A stretch of DNA of 64,000 bases from Isurus oxyrinchus (Eukaryota): NCBI GenBank assembly GCA_026770705.1, contig JANJGN010000019.1, positions 86,304,001 to 86,368,000 of the forward strand. Direction: 5' to 3'. The notes below the pieces were generated by a model. It searched no databases and was not told the DNA's origin. It saw only the letters and a program-made list of their open reading frames with translations. This document shows positions 11,040 through 22,282 of the stretch, piece by piece; position 1 is the stretch's first letter; each line of letters starts with the position of its first letter. Position numbers and translations under genes: made by a program.

Positions 11040-14000
11040 AGAGTTTCTATTCACAGCAGCTGTGTACAAAGCATACACCTCAGATGTTCAAACAATGTGT
11101 ACAGACCTGGCCATCAGTGTTCATGCTACGTGTGTAAAGGCCCAGGAGTTAGCATTCACACAGACTCCCAGGTCTGTGTACACACTGTGAACATTAACTC
11201 CCGGGTCTGTACACACACTGTGTAAACACAGGCTCCTGGATCTGTGCGTGCACTGTGTAAGCACAGACTCTGGGTCTGTACACACACTGTAAACACAGAC
11301 TCCTGGGTATGTTTACACAGTTCATGCACAGACCCAGGAGTCTGTGTTTACAGTGGGTATGCAGACCTGGAGTTTGTGCTTACACATGTACAGACTTGGG
11401 AGTATGTGTTTCCACAGTGCATGTACAGACTTGGAGTCTGTGTTTACACAGTGTGTGTACAGACTTGGGAGTCTGTGTTTACACAGTGAGTGTACAGACC
11501 CAGGAGTCTGTGTTTACACAGTGTGTGTACAGACCCGGGAGTCTGTGTTTACACAGTGTGTGTACAGACCCGGGAGTCTGTGTTTACACAGTGTGTGTAC
11601 AGACGCGGGAGTCTGTGTTTACACAGTGTGTGTACAGACGCGGGAGTCTGTGTTTACACAGTGTGTGTACAGACGCGGGAGTCTGTGTTTACACAGTGTG
11701 TGTACAGACGCGGGAGTCTGTGTTTACACAGTGTGTGTACAGACGCGGGAGTCTGTGTTTACACAGTGTGTGTACAGACGCGGGAGTCTGTGTTTACACA
11801 GTGTGTGTACAGACGCGGGAGTCTGTGTTTACACAGTGTGTGTACAGACGCGGGAGTCTGTGTTTACACAGTGTGTGTACAGACGCGGGAGTCTGTGTTT
11901 ACACAGTGTGTGTACAGACGCGGGAGTCTGTGTTTACACAGTGTGTGTACAGACGCGGGAGTCTGTGTTTACACAGTGTGTGTACAGACGCGGGAGTCTG
12001 TGTTTACACAGTGTGTGTACAGACGCGGGAGTCTGTGTTTACACAGTGTGTGTACAGACGCGGGAGTCTGTGTTTACACAGTGTGTGTACAGACGCGGGA
12101 GTCTGTGTTTACACAGTGTGTGTACAGACGCGGGAGTCTGTGTTTACACAGTGTGTGTACAGACGCGGGAGTCTGTGTTTACACAGTGTGTGTACAGACG
12201 CGGGAGTCTGTGTTTACACAGTGTGTGTACAGACGCGGGAGTCTGTGTTTACACAGTGTGTGTACAGACGCGGGAGTCTGTGTTTACACAGTGTGTGTAC
12301 AGACGCGGGAGTCTGTGTTTACACAGTGTGTGTACAGACGCGGGAGTCTGTGTTTACACAGTGTGTGTACAGACGCGGGAGTCTGTGTTTACACAGTGTG
12401 TGTACAGACGCGGGAGTCTGTGTTTACACAGTGTGTGTACAGACGCGGGAGTCTGTGTTTACACAGTGTGTGTACAGACGCGGGAGTCTGTGTTTACACA
12501 GTGTGTGTACAGACGCGGGAGTCTGTGTTTACACAGTGTGTGTACAGACGCGGGAGTCTGTGTTTACACAGTGTGTGTACAGACGCGGGAGTCTGTGTTT
12601 ACACAGTGTGTGTACAGACGCGGGAGTCTGTGTTTACACAGTGTGTGTACAGACGCGCGAGTCTGTGTTTACACAGTGTGTGTACAGACGCGCGAGTCTG
12701 TGTTTACACAGTGTGTGTACAGACGCGGGAGTCTGTGTTTACACAGTGTGTGTACAGACGCGGGAGTCTGTGTTTACACAGTGTGTGTACAGACGCGGGA
12801 GTCTGTGTTTACACAGTGTGTGTACAGACGCGGGAGTCTGTGTTTACACAGTGTGTGTACAGACGCGGGAGTCTGTGTTTACACAGTGTGTGTACAGACG
12901 CGGGAGTCTGTGTTTACACAGTGTGTGTACAGACGCGGGAGTCTGTGTTTACACAGTGTGTGTACAGACGCGGGAGTCTGTGTTTACACAGTGTGTGTAC
13001 AGACGCGGGAGTCTGTGTTTACACAGTGTGTGTACAGACGCGGGAGTCTGTGTTTACACAGTGTGTGTACAGACGCGGGAGTCTGTGTTTACACAGTGTG
13101 TGTACAGACGCGGGAGTCTGTGTTTACACAGTGTGTGTACAGACGCGGGAGTCTGTGTTTACACAGTGTGTGTACAGACGCGGGAGTCTGTGTTTACACA
13201 GTGTGTGTACAGACGCGGGAGTCTGTGTTTACACAGTGTGTGTACAGACGCGGGAGTCTGTGTTTACACAGTGTGTGTACAGACGCGGGAGTCTGTGTTT
13301 ACACAGTGTGTGTACAGACGCGGGAGTCTGTGTTTACACAGTGTGTGTACAGACGCGGGAGTCTGTGTTTACACAGTGTGTGTACAGACGCGGGAGTCTG
13401 TGTTTACACAGTGTGTGTACAGACGCGGGAGTCTGTGTTTACACAGTGTGTGTACAGACGCGGGAGTCTGTGTTTACACAGTGTGTGTACAGACGCGGGA
13501 GTCTGTGTTTACACAGTGTGTGTACAGACGCGGGAGTCTGTGTTTACACAGTGTGTGTACAGACGCGGGAGTCTGTGTTTACACAGTGTGTGTACAGACG
13601 CGGGAGTCTGTGTTTACACAGTGTGTGTACAGACGCGGGAGTCTGTGTTTACACAGTGTGTGTACAGACGCGGGAGTCTGTGTTTACACAGTGTGTGTAC
13701 AGACGCGGGAGTCTGTGTTTACACAGTGTGTGTACAGACGCGGGAGTCTGTGTTTACACAGTGTGTGTACAGACGCGGGAGTCTGTGTTTACACAGTGTG
13801 TGTACAGACGCGGGAGTCTGTGTTTACACAGTGTGTGTACAGACGCGGGAGTCTGTGTTTACACAGTGTGTGTACAGACGCGGGAGTCTGTGTTTACACA
13901 GTGTGTGTACAGACGCGGGAGTCTGTGTTTACACAGTGTGTGTACAGACGCGGGAGTCTGTGTTTACACAGTGTGTGTACAGACGCGGGAGTCTGTGTTT

Positions 14001-14910
14001 ACACAGTGTGTGTACAGACCCGGGAGTCTGTGTTTACACAGTGTGTGTACAGACCCGGGAGTCTGTGTTTACACAGTGTGTGTACAGACCCGGGAGTCTG
14101 TGTTTACACAGTGTGTGTACAGACCCGGGAGTCTGTGTTTACACAGTGTGTGTACAGACCCGGGAGTCTGTGTTTACACAGTGTGTGTACAGACCCGGGA
14201 GTCTGTGTTTACACAGTGTGTGTACAGACCCGGGAGTCTGTGTTTACACAGTGTGTGTACAGACCCGGGAGTCTGTGTTTACACAGTGTGTGTACAGACC
14301 CGGGAGTCTGTGTTTACACAGTGTGTGTACAGACCCGGGAGTCTGTGTTTACACAGTGTGTGTACAGACCCGGGAGTCTGTGTTTACACAGTGTGTGTAC
14401 AGACCCGGGAGTCTGTGTTTACACAGTGTGTGTACAGACCCGGGAGTCTGTGTTTACACAGTGTGTGTACAGACCCGGGAGTCTGTGTTTACACAGTGTG
14501 TGTACAGACCCGGGAGTCTGTGTTTACACAGTGTGTGTACAGACCCGGGAGTCTGTGTTTACACAGTGTGTGTACAGACCCGGGAGTCTGTGTTTACACA
14601 GTGTGTGTACAGACCCGGGAGTCTGTGTTTATAGACCAAGGTGTCTGTGTTTACAGTGTGTGTACAGTTCCAGGGTCTGTGTTTACAGACCAAGGTGTCT
14701 GTGTTTACAGTGTGTGTACAGTCCTGGAGTCTGTGTTTACACACTGTTTATAGACCTGGAAGTCTGTGTTTGCAGTGTGTGTGCAGTTCCAGGAGTCTGT
14801 TTACACTGTGTGTACACAGTCCTGGGAGTATGTGTTTACACAGAGTTTGTACAGTCCTGGGAAGCTATGTTTACAGTCTTGGGAGTCTGTGTTTACATCG
14901 TTAGTACAGA
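11040..14910. repeat. 35-bp palindromic minisatellite (about 89 near-perfect units plus degenerate flanks)
   Basis: Unit acacagtgtgtgtacagac(g/c)cgggagtctgtgttt, near-perfect over 11531-14630. Confidence 0.98.
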
Positions 14911-15329
14911 CACTGAAATGAAGGCTCAGGTCGATCAGTGGCTGGGCTCTGCAGTGCCTATAGACTCATGAACCATTCTGCCACTGACTCCCCAATGGGT
15001 TAATAACTGCAGTTAAATAGTTGCTAATGTTAAACCAGCTCCTCACTCCAGGTGCTCAGTGTCCCCTCTCAGCTGATTCCTCCAGTGATGTCATCAATGT
15101 CTACTTGTTGACTAACCAGTCTGGAATGTAAAATAATTGTTAGTGTCTTTGCCAGTTTGAGATACTTCTATATTGAAGTTGCTAAGGATAGAGTCTGCAC
15201 CGCACATTGCCCAGAATCCTCATCAACATCCCTCAGCACCTAGCAGCACAAATCATAGAGCCTCACAGTGCAACACCCGGACCTTTATACCACTCCGTCT
15301 CCCCCTCTATATTGAAGCTCAGTCTCTAC

Positions 15330-15720
15330 ACCTGGTTGAGTGATGTGTCACTGAGTCATACAGACCAGGAAGATCCCAGGGTTAAACCACGACCTCTGCT
15401 CAGTTAGCTGGCCATCAGCTGAGGTGGTAGTAATGTTGTTGCAGTTATCCTCAGTGTCCTGGGCCAGTGTTGGGATGAGAGTAGGGGTGGGTTTGGGGAT
15501 GAGTGAATTAGCCAGAGTTCCTACTCCCGATCACTATGTAGTAATCAATGCCAGGGGATGCAGATCTATGGGCAATGGATAAGCACACTCTGCCATGCCC
15601 TGCATGGTACAGTGACCCACTCGTAGCTACCTGGGTTCATATGTGAAGGATGGGCAGTAGATAACAGAGAGTTGCTTGCTTCCATGGGAAGGTGCTCCTG
15701 TGTTGGCCAGTTCCTGAAAG
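15330..15720 (+). mobile_element. Ancient tRNA-derived SINE-like repeat (family not named)
   Basis: ctgagtcatacagaccaggaagatcccaggg...ctgctcagttagctg...ttcctactcccgatcact; related segments at ~3790-4050, 6270-6400, 9660-9900, 17075-17330 and 56860-57030. Confidence 0.5.
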
Positions 15721-15879
15721 AGAATACTGGGAAAGCCCAACTTGTGTCCCTATACTTGTCTCATTTCGTAGACATTGGCAGGGCTATAAGAAGAGATGGG
15801 CTGTGGTCCTGTGAATGCTTGAACTGTAAGATGTGGGCACTACAATCTCTACAGCCTTGTGCCCCATCCCATGCCCTGC

Positions 15880-16115
15880 ACTCCAAGGTGCCATCTTTCA
15901 GATGCATTGTTCAACCTGTCTGCCCTTTCAGATGGAAATGAAACAATCCCATGGCAATATTTGAAGATTAAGGGAGTTTTCCCAGCGTCCTGGCCAATGT
16001 TTATCCCTCAACCAACATCATTGAAACAGATAATCTGGTCATTTATTTCATTACTGTTGGACTTTACTGTGCACAAATTGGCTGCCACATTTCCCACATT
16101 ACAACATTTCAAAAA
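15880..16115 (+). mobile_element. DeuSINE core fragment
   Basis: atcccatggcaatatttgaag...gtcctggccaatgtttatccctcaaccaacatca...aaattggctgccacatttcccacattacaac. Confidence 0.8.
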
Positions 16116-16119
16116 GTTT

Positions 16120-16790
16120 AGTTGCTTGACTTTGAATATTGCTAAAAAGAGACATGTTGCTGAAGTTTTTTCTCTTGCACTCATCAGGACAGATGCAAGA
16201 ATGACAAATTTCAAATGATCATGATAATTCATACAGGAAAAAAGGGTGCTGATGGTTGGCAAATTGACTCTGATTGGCCAAGGCATTGCTGTGGAGAAAG
16301 CAATGGGGAATTTTAGGTTCCCCAATAATTCAGTTCCCCAGTAATTCAAAAAAGGCACAAGGTTTGAACACAACCCTTTTGTCCTCAACCAGCTTGCGTT
16401 TGCAAAGACCAAAACAAAATGTTTGCTGTATGATGGGATTCTGCGATTGGGCAACACTTGCTGGACAATCCTAAGTGTACTAATAACTACACTAACAACC
16501 AATTTAAGGTAATCAGTCAAGCTCATAACATGGTTCATTTACACTTGCTAGTAATAGCTTGGCCTAAATAGCCAAGTGGTTATGGTACTGGGTTTGTAAC
16601 CCCAAGATCGAGAGTTCAAATCTCACAATGGCAAACTATGAAACAATGTAACTTCATCTGAAACAGATGGAAACAGGTTTGTACTCGAAAGAGTTACACT
16701 TGCTAGTAATAACATACATTCATACACAGGGACCTGTTATCTGAAAACAAAAGGAATATATTCAAGCCTTGTTCCTTTTTTAAATAACCC
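16120..16790 (+). mobile_element. Penelope-like element: GIY-YIG endonuclease C-terminal remnant with upstream inverted pLTR
   Basis: Plus strand reads DSAIGQHLLDNPKCTNNYTNNQFKVISQAHNMVHLHLL..TYIHTQGPVI*KQKEYIQALFLF*. Segment 16120-16372 is an inverted copy of the ORF end and pLTR, with a degenerate ctgatga motif. Confidence 0.75.
16557..16693 (+). mobile_element. Short tRNA-derived SINE with perfect 18-bp TSD
   Basis: A box tagccaagtgg, anticodon-like loop tttgtaa, B box gagttcaaatctc; TSD ttacacttgctagtaata at 16539-16556 and 16694-16711. Confidence 0.85.
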
Positions 16791-17779
16791 AGAAGCTTGT
16801 GGAGCCTATAGTTCTCTGTTGAGCTATACTGTATCAAGACCCTCGTACCCATTGCCATGGTGCTCACTGATCTACTTTGGCTCCTTATTCCCCCAATGCC
16901 TCAAATATGAAATTCTCATCTTTCTGTTTAAATCCCTCTCTAGCCTTGTCTTCCACATGGGAGGGAAAGGAGTAGAAGGTTATGCTGATGGGGATGGATG
17001 AAGTAGAGTAAGCACTGGTACAGACCTATTGAGCCAAATGGTACGTTTTATACAAGCCCAGTGAAGGTGGTATGACCGCCTCATTGTCCTTAAGCTAGGG
17101 CAGGGAGAGGGGGATGGGGAAGTGCAGGGGAAAGATGAAGAAACAAAATCAGGGAATGCTTCCACCCCTGATCACATCTGGTGACCTATTTTCCTGGACT
17201 GTGCACCCATGTGCTCTTCGGACAAAGGAAAGACCAGGTTCAGGTGCACAGCCTCCTCTGATTAAATAGCCCACTACAACTCAGTGAACAGTCAGCACCT
17301 TCAGGAGAGGAGGGGAATAAAGACTGGCAAAAGAGCAGACAGACCCAGGAATATCTTTTTGTCCGGCAAATTGAAGAGTGAAATTGAAGAGTTCTGAGTG
17401 CAGGGAGCACTACAGACAGTGAGTACAGAGCAGATAATAAGTGTCCAGCCTGTCAGCATAAGCTGATTTTGGTGGAAAGTCCAGGCTCTGGTGTAGTCTT
17501 CCAGTCAACAGGGAGTTGACTCTTCTGCTGTTTATCAGGGAGAGTACATGACGCCATTTGCAAAATACCTGATGAGAAGGCAATAATGATTGAGATTAAC
17601 TGAGGAGGTTCTCAATGAAAGACCTGTCCTGCGAAGGTGTGAACTGCTTCAGTCTAACCTGACTACAAACCCTGTTCTCTTACCCATATTCTGCTCCCAG
17701 CAAGGAGTGTGGTGCTCCATCGTCACCTCTCCTTGAGGTATGATTACACAGTTCTTTGGTCCCACCCTCAAAAAAAATG

Positions 17780-18070
17780 TAGAATTTGTAGAGCACGGAA
17801 GGAGGCCATTTTGGTCCTTAGTGAATGCACCGGCTCTCCGAATGAGCAACTCATCTAGTTCCATTCCCCTGCTTTCTCCCCGTAATCATGCACGTTCTTC
17901 CTTTTCACATAACAGTCCAATTCCCTTTTGAATGCTTCAGTTGAACCTTCTCCACCTTCTCAGGCAGAGCATTCCAGACCCTAACCGCTTGCTGCGTAAA
18001 AAAGGTTGTTCCTCATTTCATTATTCCCTCTTTTACTAATTGCTCTAAATCTCATTCTTGATCCTTTTAT
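17780..18070 (-). mobile_element. CR1 3' fragment
   Basis: gcacggaaggaggccatt...tcccttttgaatgc...ggcagagcattccagaccctaacc. Confidence 0.75.
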
Positions 18071-18310
18071 GTATCACCTTTCACGACCACCTGACATCTC
18101 AACGCACTTTATAACAATGATTTCATTATAGGAAATACAGCCAATTTGCTCACGGCAAGCTCCCACAAACAGTAATGTGATAATGACCAGATAATCTGGT
18201 TTTCATGATGTTCATTAAAGGATAAACATTGGCCAGGATATGAGGGATAACTCCACTGTTCTTCTTTGAAGTAGTGTTGTGGGATCTCTTACATCCGTTC
18301 AAGCAGGTGG
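18070..18310 (-). mobile_element. DeuSINE 3' half
   Basis: caagctcccacaaacagtaatgtgataatgaccagataatctg...ggccagga...gtgggatctt. Confidence 0.8.
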
Positions 18311-18319
18311 ATGTGGGTT

Positions 18320-19950
18320 TCTGCCTTTATCATCATTTCAGGCAGTGAATTTCAGATCCCCACCACCTTCTGAAAAGATTTCCCCTTGAATCTCTTCTTA
18401 ACCCACCTCTTACCATAAATCTATTCCCCCAGGTTATGGACCCCTCAACCAAGAGGAATAGCACCTTCCTATCCACTCCATCTGGACCCCTCATAATTTT
18501 GTACACGCCAATTCAGTCTTCCCTCAGCCTCCCCTGTTCAAAGAAAACAACATATCCAATCCAATTTTTCCCCATTACTAAAATTCTCCAGTCCTAGCAA
18601 CATCCTCGTGAATCTTCTGTGCAACTTCTCTCGTGCAATCATATCTTTCCTCTAGTGCAGTGACCAGAACTACTCACAGCACTACAGTTGTGGCCGAACT
18701 AGTATTTTATACCTTTCCAGCATTACCTCTCAGCTCTTATATTATTTGCCTTGTTAATAAAGGCAAGTTTTCCATATGCTTCTTTACCATCTTACCTACC
18801 TGTCCACCCTCAAAAATAGACCTTTGGAGATCTGGGGACATTTACTCCAGTCCCTCTATTTCACTATGCTTCCCAGTATTCTACCATTTATTGTGTATTC
18901 CGTTGCCTTGTTAACCTTCCTCAAATGCATTCCTGCACACTTCTTTAGATTGAACTTTGTTTGCCACTGCTCTGCCCACCTAACCATCCATTCTGCTATT
19001 AACACATTCTGTTATCTGGCCTTATGCCACTTGTTAGCACCTCCTCAGTCTTTAACAATATCATTACCACTCCCTTTGTCTTGTGTCCATGACATCTTTG
19101 TCAAACCTCTCCTGAGCTCCCACCTATCCCTGACCATCTATTTTGTTCCACCTGCTCCAACCCCTCTGTTCAACAGTATAAAACCCATCACGTTTCTACC
19201 TGTCTGAAGCTCTGAAGAAGTCATTCAGATTTGAAATGTTAACTCTGTTTATCTCTCCAAAGATGCTGCCAGACCTGAGTTCTTTCAGCATTTTCTGTTT
19301 TCATTTCAGATTTCCAGCATCTGCAGTATTTTGCTTTTCTGACCATTTGATATCTTCCTGCAGTCTACAGTTTTCTTCAGAATCAACCACATGGCCAATT
19401 TTTGTATTGTCTGCAAACTCCTTAACCATTCTCCCTACATTTAAGTCAAAATCATTAACCTATAACACAAAAAAATGAGGACTGTAGCACTGAACCTGCA
19501 GAACCCCACTGGAAACCATCTTCCAGTCACATAGTCCCCTTTCCCTCTTGTCTCTGGGCCACTTTTGGATCCAGCTTGCCATTTTTCCTTGGATTCTCTG
19601 GGCTTTTACTTTCATGACTTAGTCTGCCATGTGGAACCTTATCAAAAGCCTTGCTAAAATCCATATATTGTATATCAAACACACTACCCTCACCAACCCT
19701 CCTTGTTAATTCCTTAAAAAAATTCAATCATGTTAGTCGGACACCACCTTCCCGTAGTAAATCTATGATGATTGTCTTTGATTAATCTATGTCTTTCTAA
19801 ATGAAGGTTTATGCTGTTCCTCAGAATTGTATCCAATAATTTTGCCACCACTGAGATTAGGCTGACTGGCCTGTAATTACTTGGTCTATCTCTTTCTCCC
19901 TTTTTAAACAATGGTACAACATTAGATGTCCTCCAGTCTTCTGGCACCAC
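18320..19950 (-). mobile_element. CR1 LINE ORF2 (RT) remnant, interrupted by a Penelope pLTR
   Basis: ORFs read PEDWRTSNVVPLFKKGERDRPSNYRPVSLISVV and MDFSKAFDKVPHGRL. Confidence 0.92.
18988..19338 (+). mobile_element. Penelope-like pLTR (longer copy)
   Basis: cagtataaaacccatcac...ctctgaagaagtcattcagatttgaaatgttaactctg...atttcagatttccagcatctgcagtattttgc; flanked by ctaaccat / ctgaccat. Confidence 0.75.
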
Positions 19951-20134
19951 AGTACTCTGACAGGCCCTCAGCTGGGTGCTGCACGATAGGTAAGTCCAGA
20001 ATGTCAAAAAAACAGCCAAGCCCAGGCCAACAGCTCAATTGAAGCAGGACCTGGATGTGAGGCTCCATTACATCGGGATCTGGGGCTTAAACTGTCCCTG
20101 TCACAATTGATCTGTATTTGATAGTTGATGGTTT

Positions 20135-20375
20135 ACTTATTGACCTGGTGACTGTGAGAACTCCAGACTTGTCTTTGCATATTCCTCTGGGGTCTCATTT
20201 ATTTGACGAAACAGGCAAACTGAACGTCCAATTAACACCTCATCCATAAAAAAAGCATCTCTGACAATGCAGCACTCCCTCTGCATGAAGCTGTAACCTA
20301 CATTATAGGTGGAAGTTCTGCAGAGAACAAACAAGCATTTGACTGCAGAAGAAGAGAGCTACCACTGTGTTCAGG
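20135..20375 (-). mobile_element. DeuSINE 5' half
   Basis: gcatctctgacaatgcagcactccctc and the reverse complement of the tRNA-like head. Confidence 0.55.
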
Positions 20376-20391
20376 CTGTTACTGTGCTATC

Positions 20392-20594
20392 TACAAAAAT
20401 AAAATAATGCAGTTGCTGGCATTCTGAAATAAAAACAAAATGCTGGGGATGCTCAGCAGGATCTGAAGAGGAAGAAACAGAATTAATGCTTAAGGTCAAT
20501 CAATTCTAATGAAAGATCATCAACCTGAATCGTTAACTCTGTTTCTCTTTCCACTGATGCTGCCTGATCTGCTAAGTATTTCCAGCATTTTTTA
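20392..20594. mobile_element. Inverted pair of Penelope-like pLTR fragments with 13-bp TSD
   Basis: Minus copy 20392-20500, plus copy 20502-20594; ttactgtgctatc at 20379-20391 and 20595-20607. Confidence 0.8.
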
Positions 20595-20739
20595 TTACTG
20601 TGCTATCCATGCTGTCATGTATGATATTATGTACCCTCTGAACAACCAGCCATTTCCAACCTCCCTATCTGCTCTTTTTTTCACAATCTATTGCCTCCAA
20701 AACCTTGTACAACTCTCATGGAACTCCATGTTTGAATCC

Positions 20740-22002
20740 CTCCTATCTGGATGTGCCACATTACTGAAATGACTTTTAACAAAGCCACAAATTACATCCT
20801 GTGTGACTGTGGCAAAGGCAAACTATCCCTCCTTTTCCTTCTCAACCTGTCTGCTGCCTTTGACACAAGTTGACAACACAATCCTCCTCCAAAACTTCTC
20901 CACTGTCACCAGCTGAGTTGGACTGCACTCACTTGGTTCCATTCTTCTAGTCGTAGCCAGAGAATCACTTCCAATGGTTTCTCTTTCCACTCCAACACTT
21001 AACTCTTGTGTTTCCCAAGCATCTATCCTTGTCCCCTTCTATTTCTCACCTGTATGCAACCCTTCATCTGAAAAAACAGCATCAGTTTCCACAGGTATGC
21101 TGATAAGACCCAAATCTACTTCTTCACCACCTCTCTCAATCCCTCCACTGTCTCCAACTTGTTTAGCCAGCATCCAGTACCGGGTGAGCAAAGATTTCCT
21201 CCAACTAATTATTCAGAAGATTGAAATCATTATCTTTAGTCCCTGTCACAAACTCCATCCCCTAGGCATCAACTCTACCCTTCTCCCAGGCAGAGACTGA
21301 GCCAGACTGTTTGCAACCTTGGTGCCATATTTGACCTTGAGATGAGCTTTTGACAACAAATTTACACCATCACTAAGACTGCCTATTCCTACCTCCATAG
21401 CAGTGCCCAACTTCATCCCTGCCTCAGCTCATCTACGCTGAAAATCTCATCCTTGCCTTTGTTACCTATAGACTTGACTATTCTAATGCTCTCCTGGCTA
21501 GCCTCCCACATTTTACCCTCCATAAATTTGAGGTCATCCAAAATTCTGCTGCCCATATCCCAATTCATGCCAAGTCCCTTTCACCTATCACGTGTGTTCA
21601 CTGGCCAACTTGAGCTCCCAGTTAAGCAACTCCTCAATTATAAAACTCTCATCCTTGCTTTCAAATTCCTCCAAAGCTTCACTCCTCCCTATCCCTGTAA
21701 CATCCTCCAATCCTACAACCCTCTGAGATATCTGCATATTCTGGCCTTCTATGCATCCCCAATTTTAATTGCTCTAGCATTGGTTGCTGTGCCTTCAGTT
21801 GCCTAGACTCTAAGCTCTGGTATTTCCTCCCTAAACCTCTCTGCCCCTCTACCTCTGTGTTTCCTGCTTTAAGACACTCCTAAAAACTCCGCTGTCCTAA
21901 TATCTCCTTACGTGGCTCGATGTCAAATTTAGCTTTATAATGCTCTTGTGAAATGCCTTGGGGTATGTTATGTCAAAGGTGCTATATAAATGCAACTTGT
22001 TT
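20740..22002 (+). mobile_element. L2 LINE 3' portion (decayed RT and 3' UTR)
   Basis: Decayed ..KATNYILCDCGKGKLSLLFLLNLSAAFDT.. and gacttgactattctaatgctctcctggc (LDYSNALL); ends aaaggtgctatataaatgcaacttgtt. Confidence 0.9.
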
Positions 22003-22125
22003 CAAATGTATCACCACAGTAAAGGAAGGGTAGACTGATTTGTTCTAATTTCCCACAACCTTCTGACTCACGGCTGACACAGCGCTCCCAGTTACTGATG
22101 CATTGATATCAAATGCACATTCAAG

Positions 22126-22282
22126 CAATGTTCCCTCTAAACTGGGCAGTAACCCAAGAGTTTCTGCACAAGTTGGCCCCTTTAAGTTACCAGGTGTGCT
22201 GGTAGCGCAAAGAAATCTACAGGAGTTGGGCACCTGAATAAATCACCCATACACTCAAAAAATAATATTAGAGGGTATATTG
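22126..22282. mobile_element. hAT-type MITE
   Basis: TIRs caatgttccctctaa / ttagagggtatattg; 8-bp TSD cattcaag / ctttcaag. Confidence 0.8.

Noticed and set aside
11531-14630. CRISPR-like palindromic 35-bp repeat
   Set aside because: Units abut with no unique spacers, there are no cas genes, and the context is eukaryotic.
11309-14971. Three overlapping Cys-rich ORFs of more than 1000 aa
   Set aside because: The 35-bp unit has no stop codon on the + strand, so all three frames are open and give the same cyclic peptide. This is a tandem-repeat artefact.
16561-16640. Functional tRNA gene
   Set aside because: Acceptor and anticodon stems do not pair properly, and the sequence sits inside a TSD-flanked insertion, so it is a SINE head.
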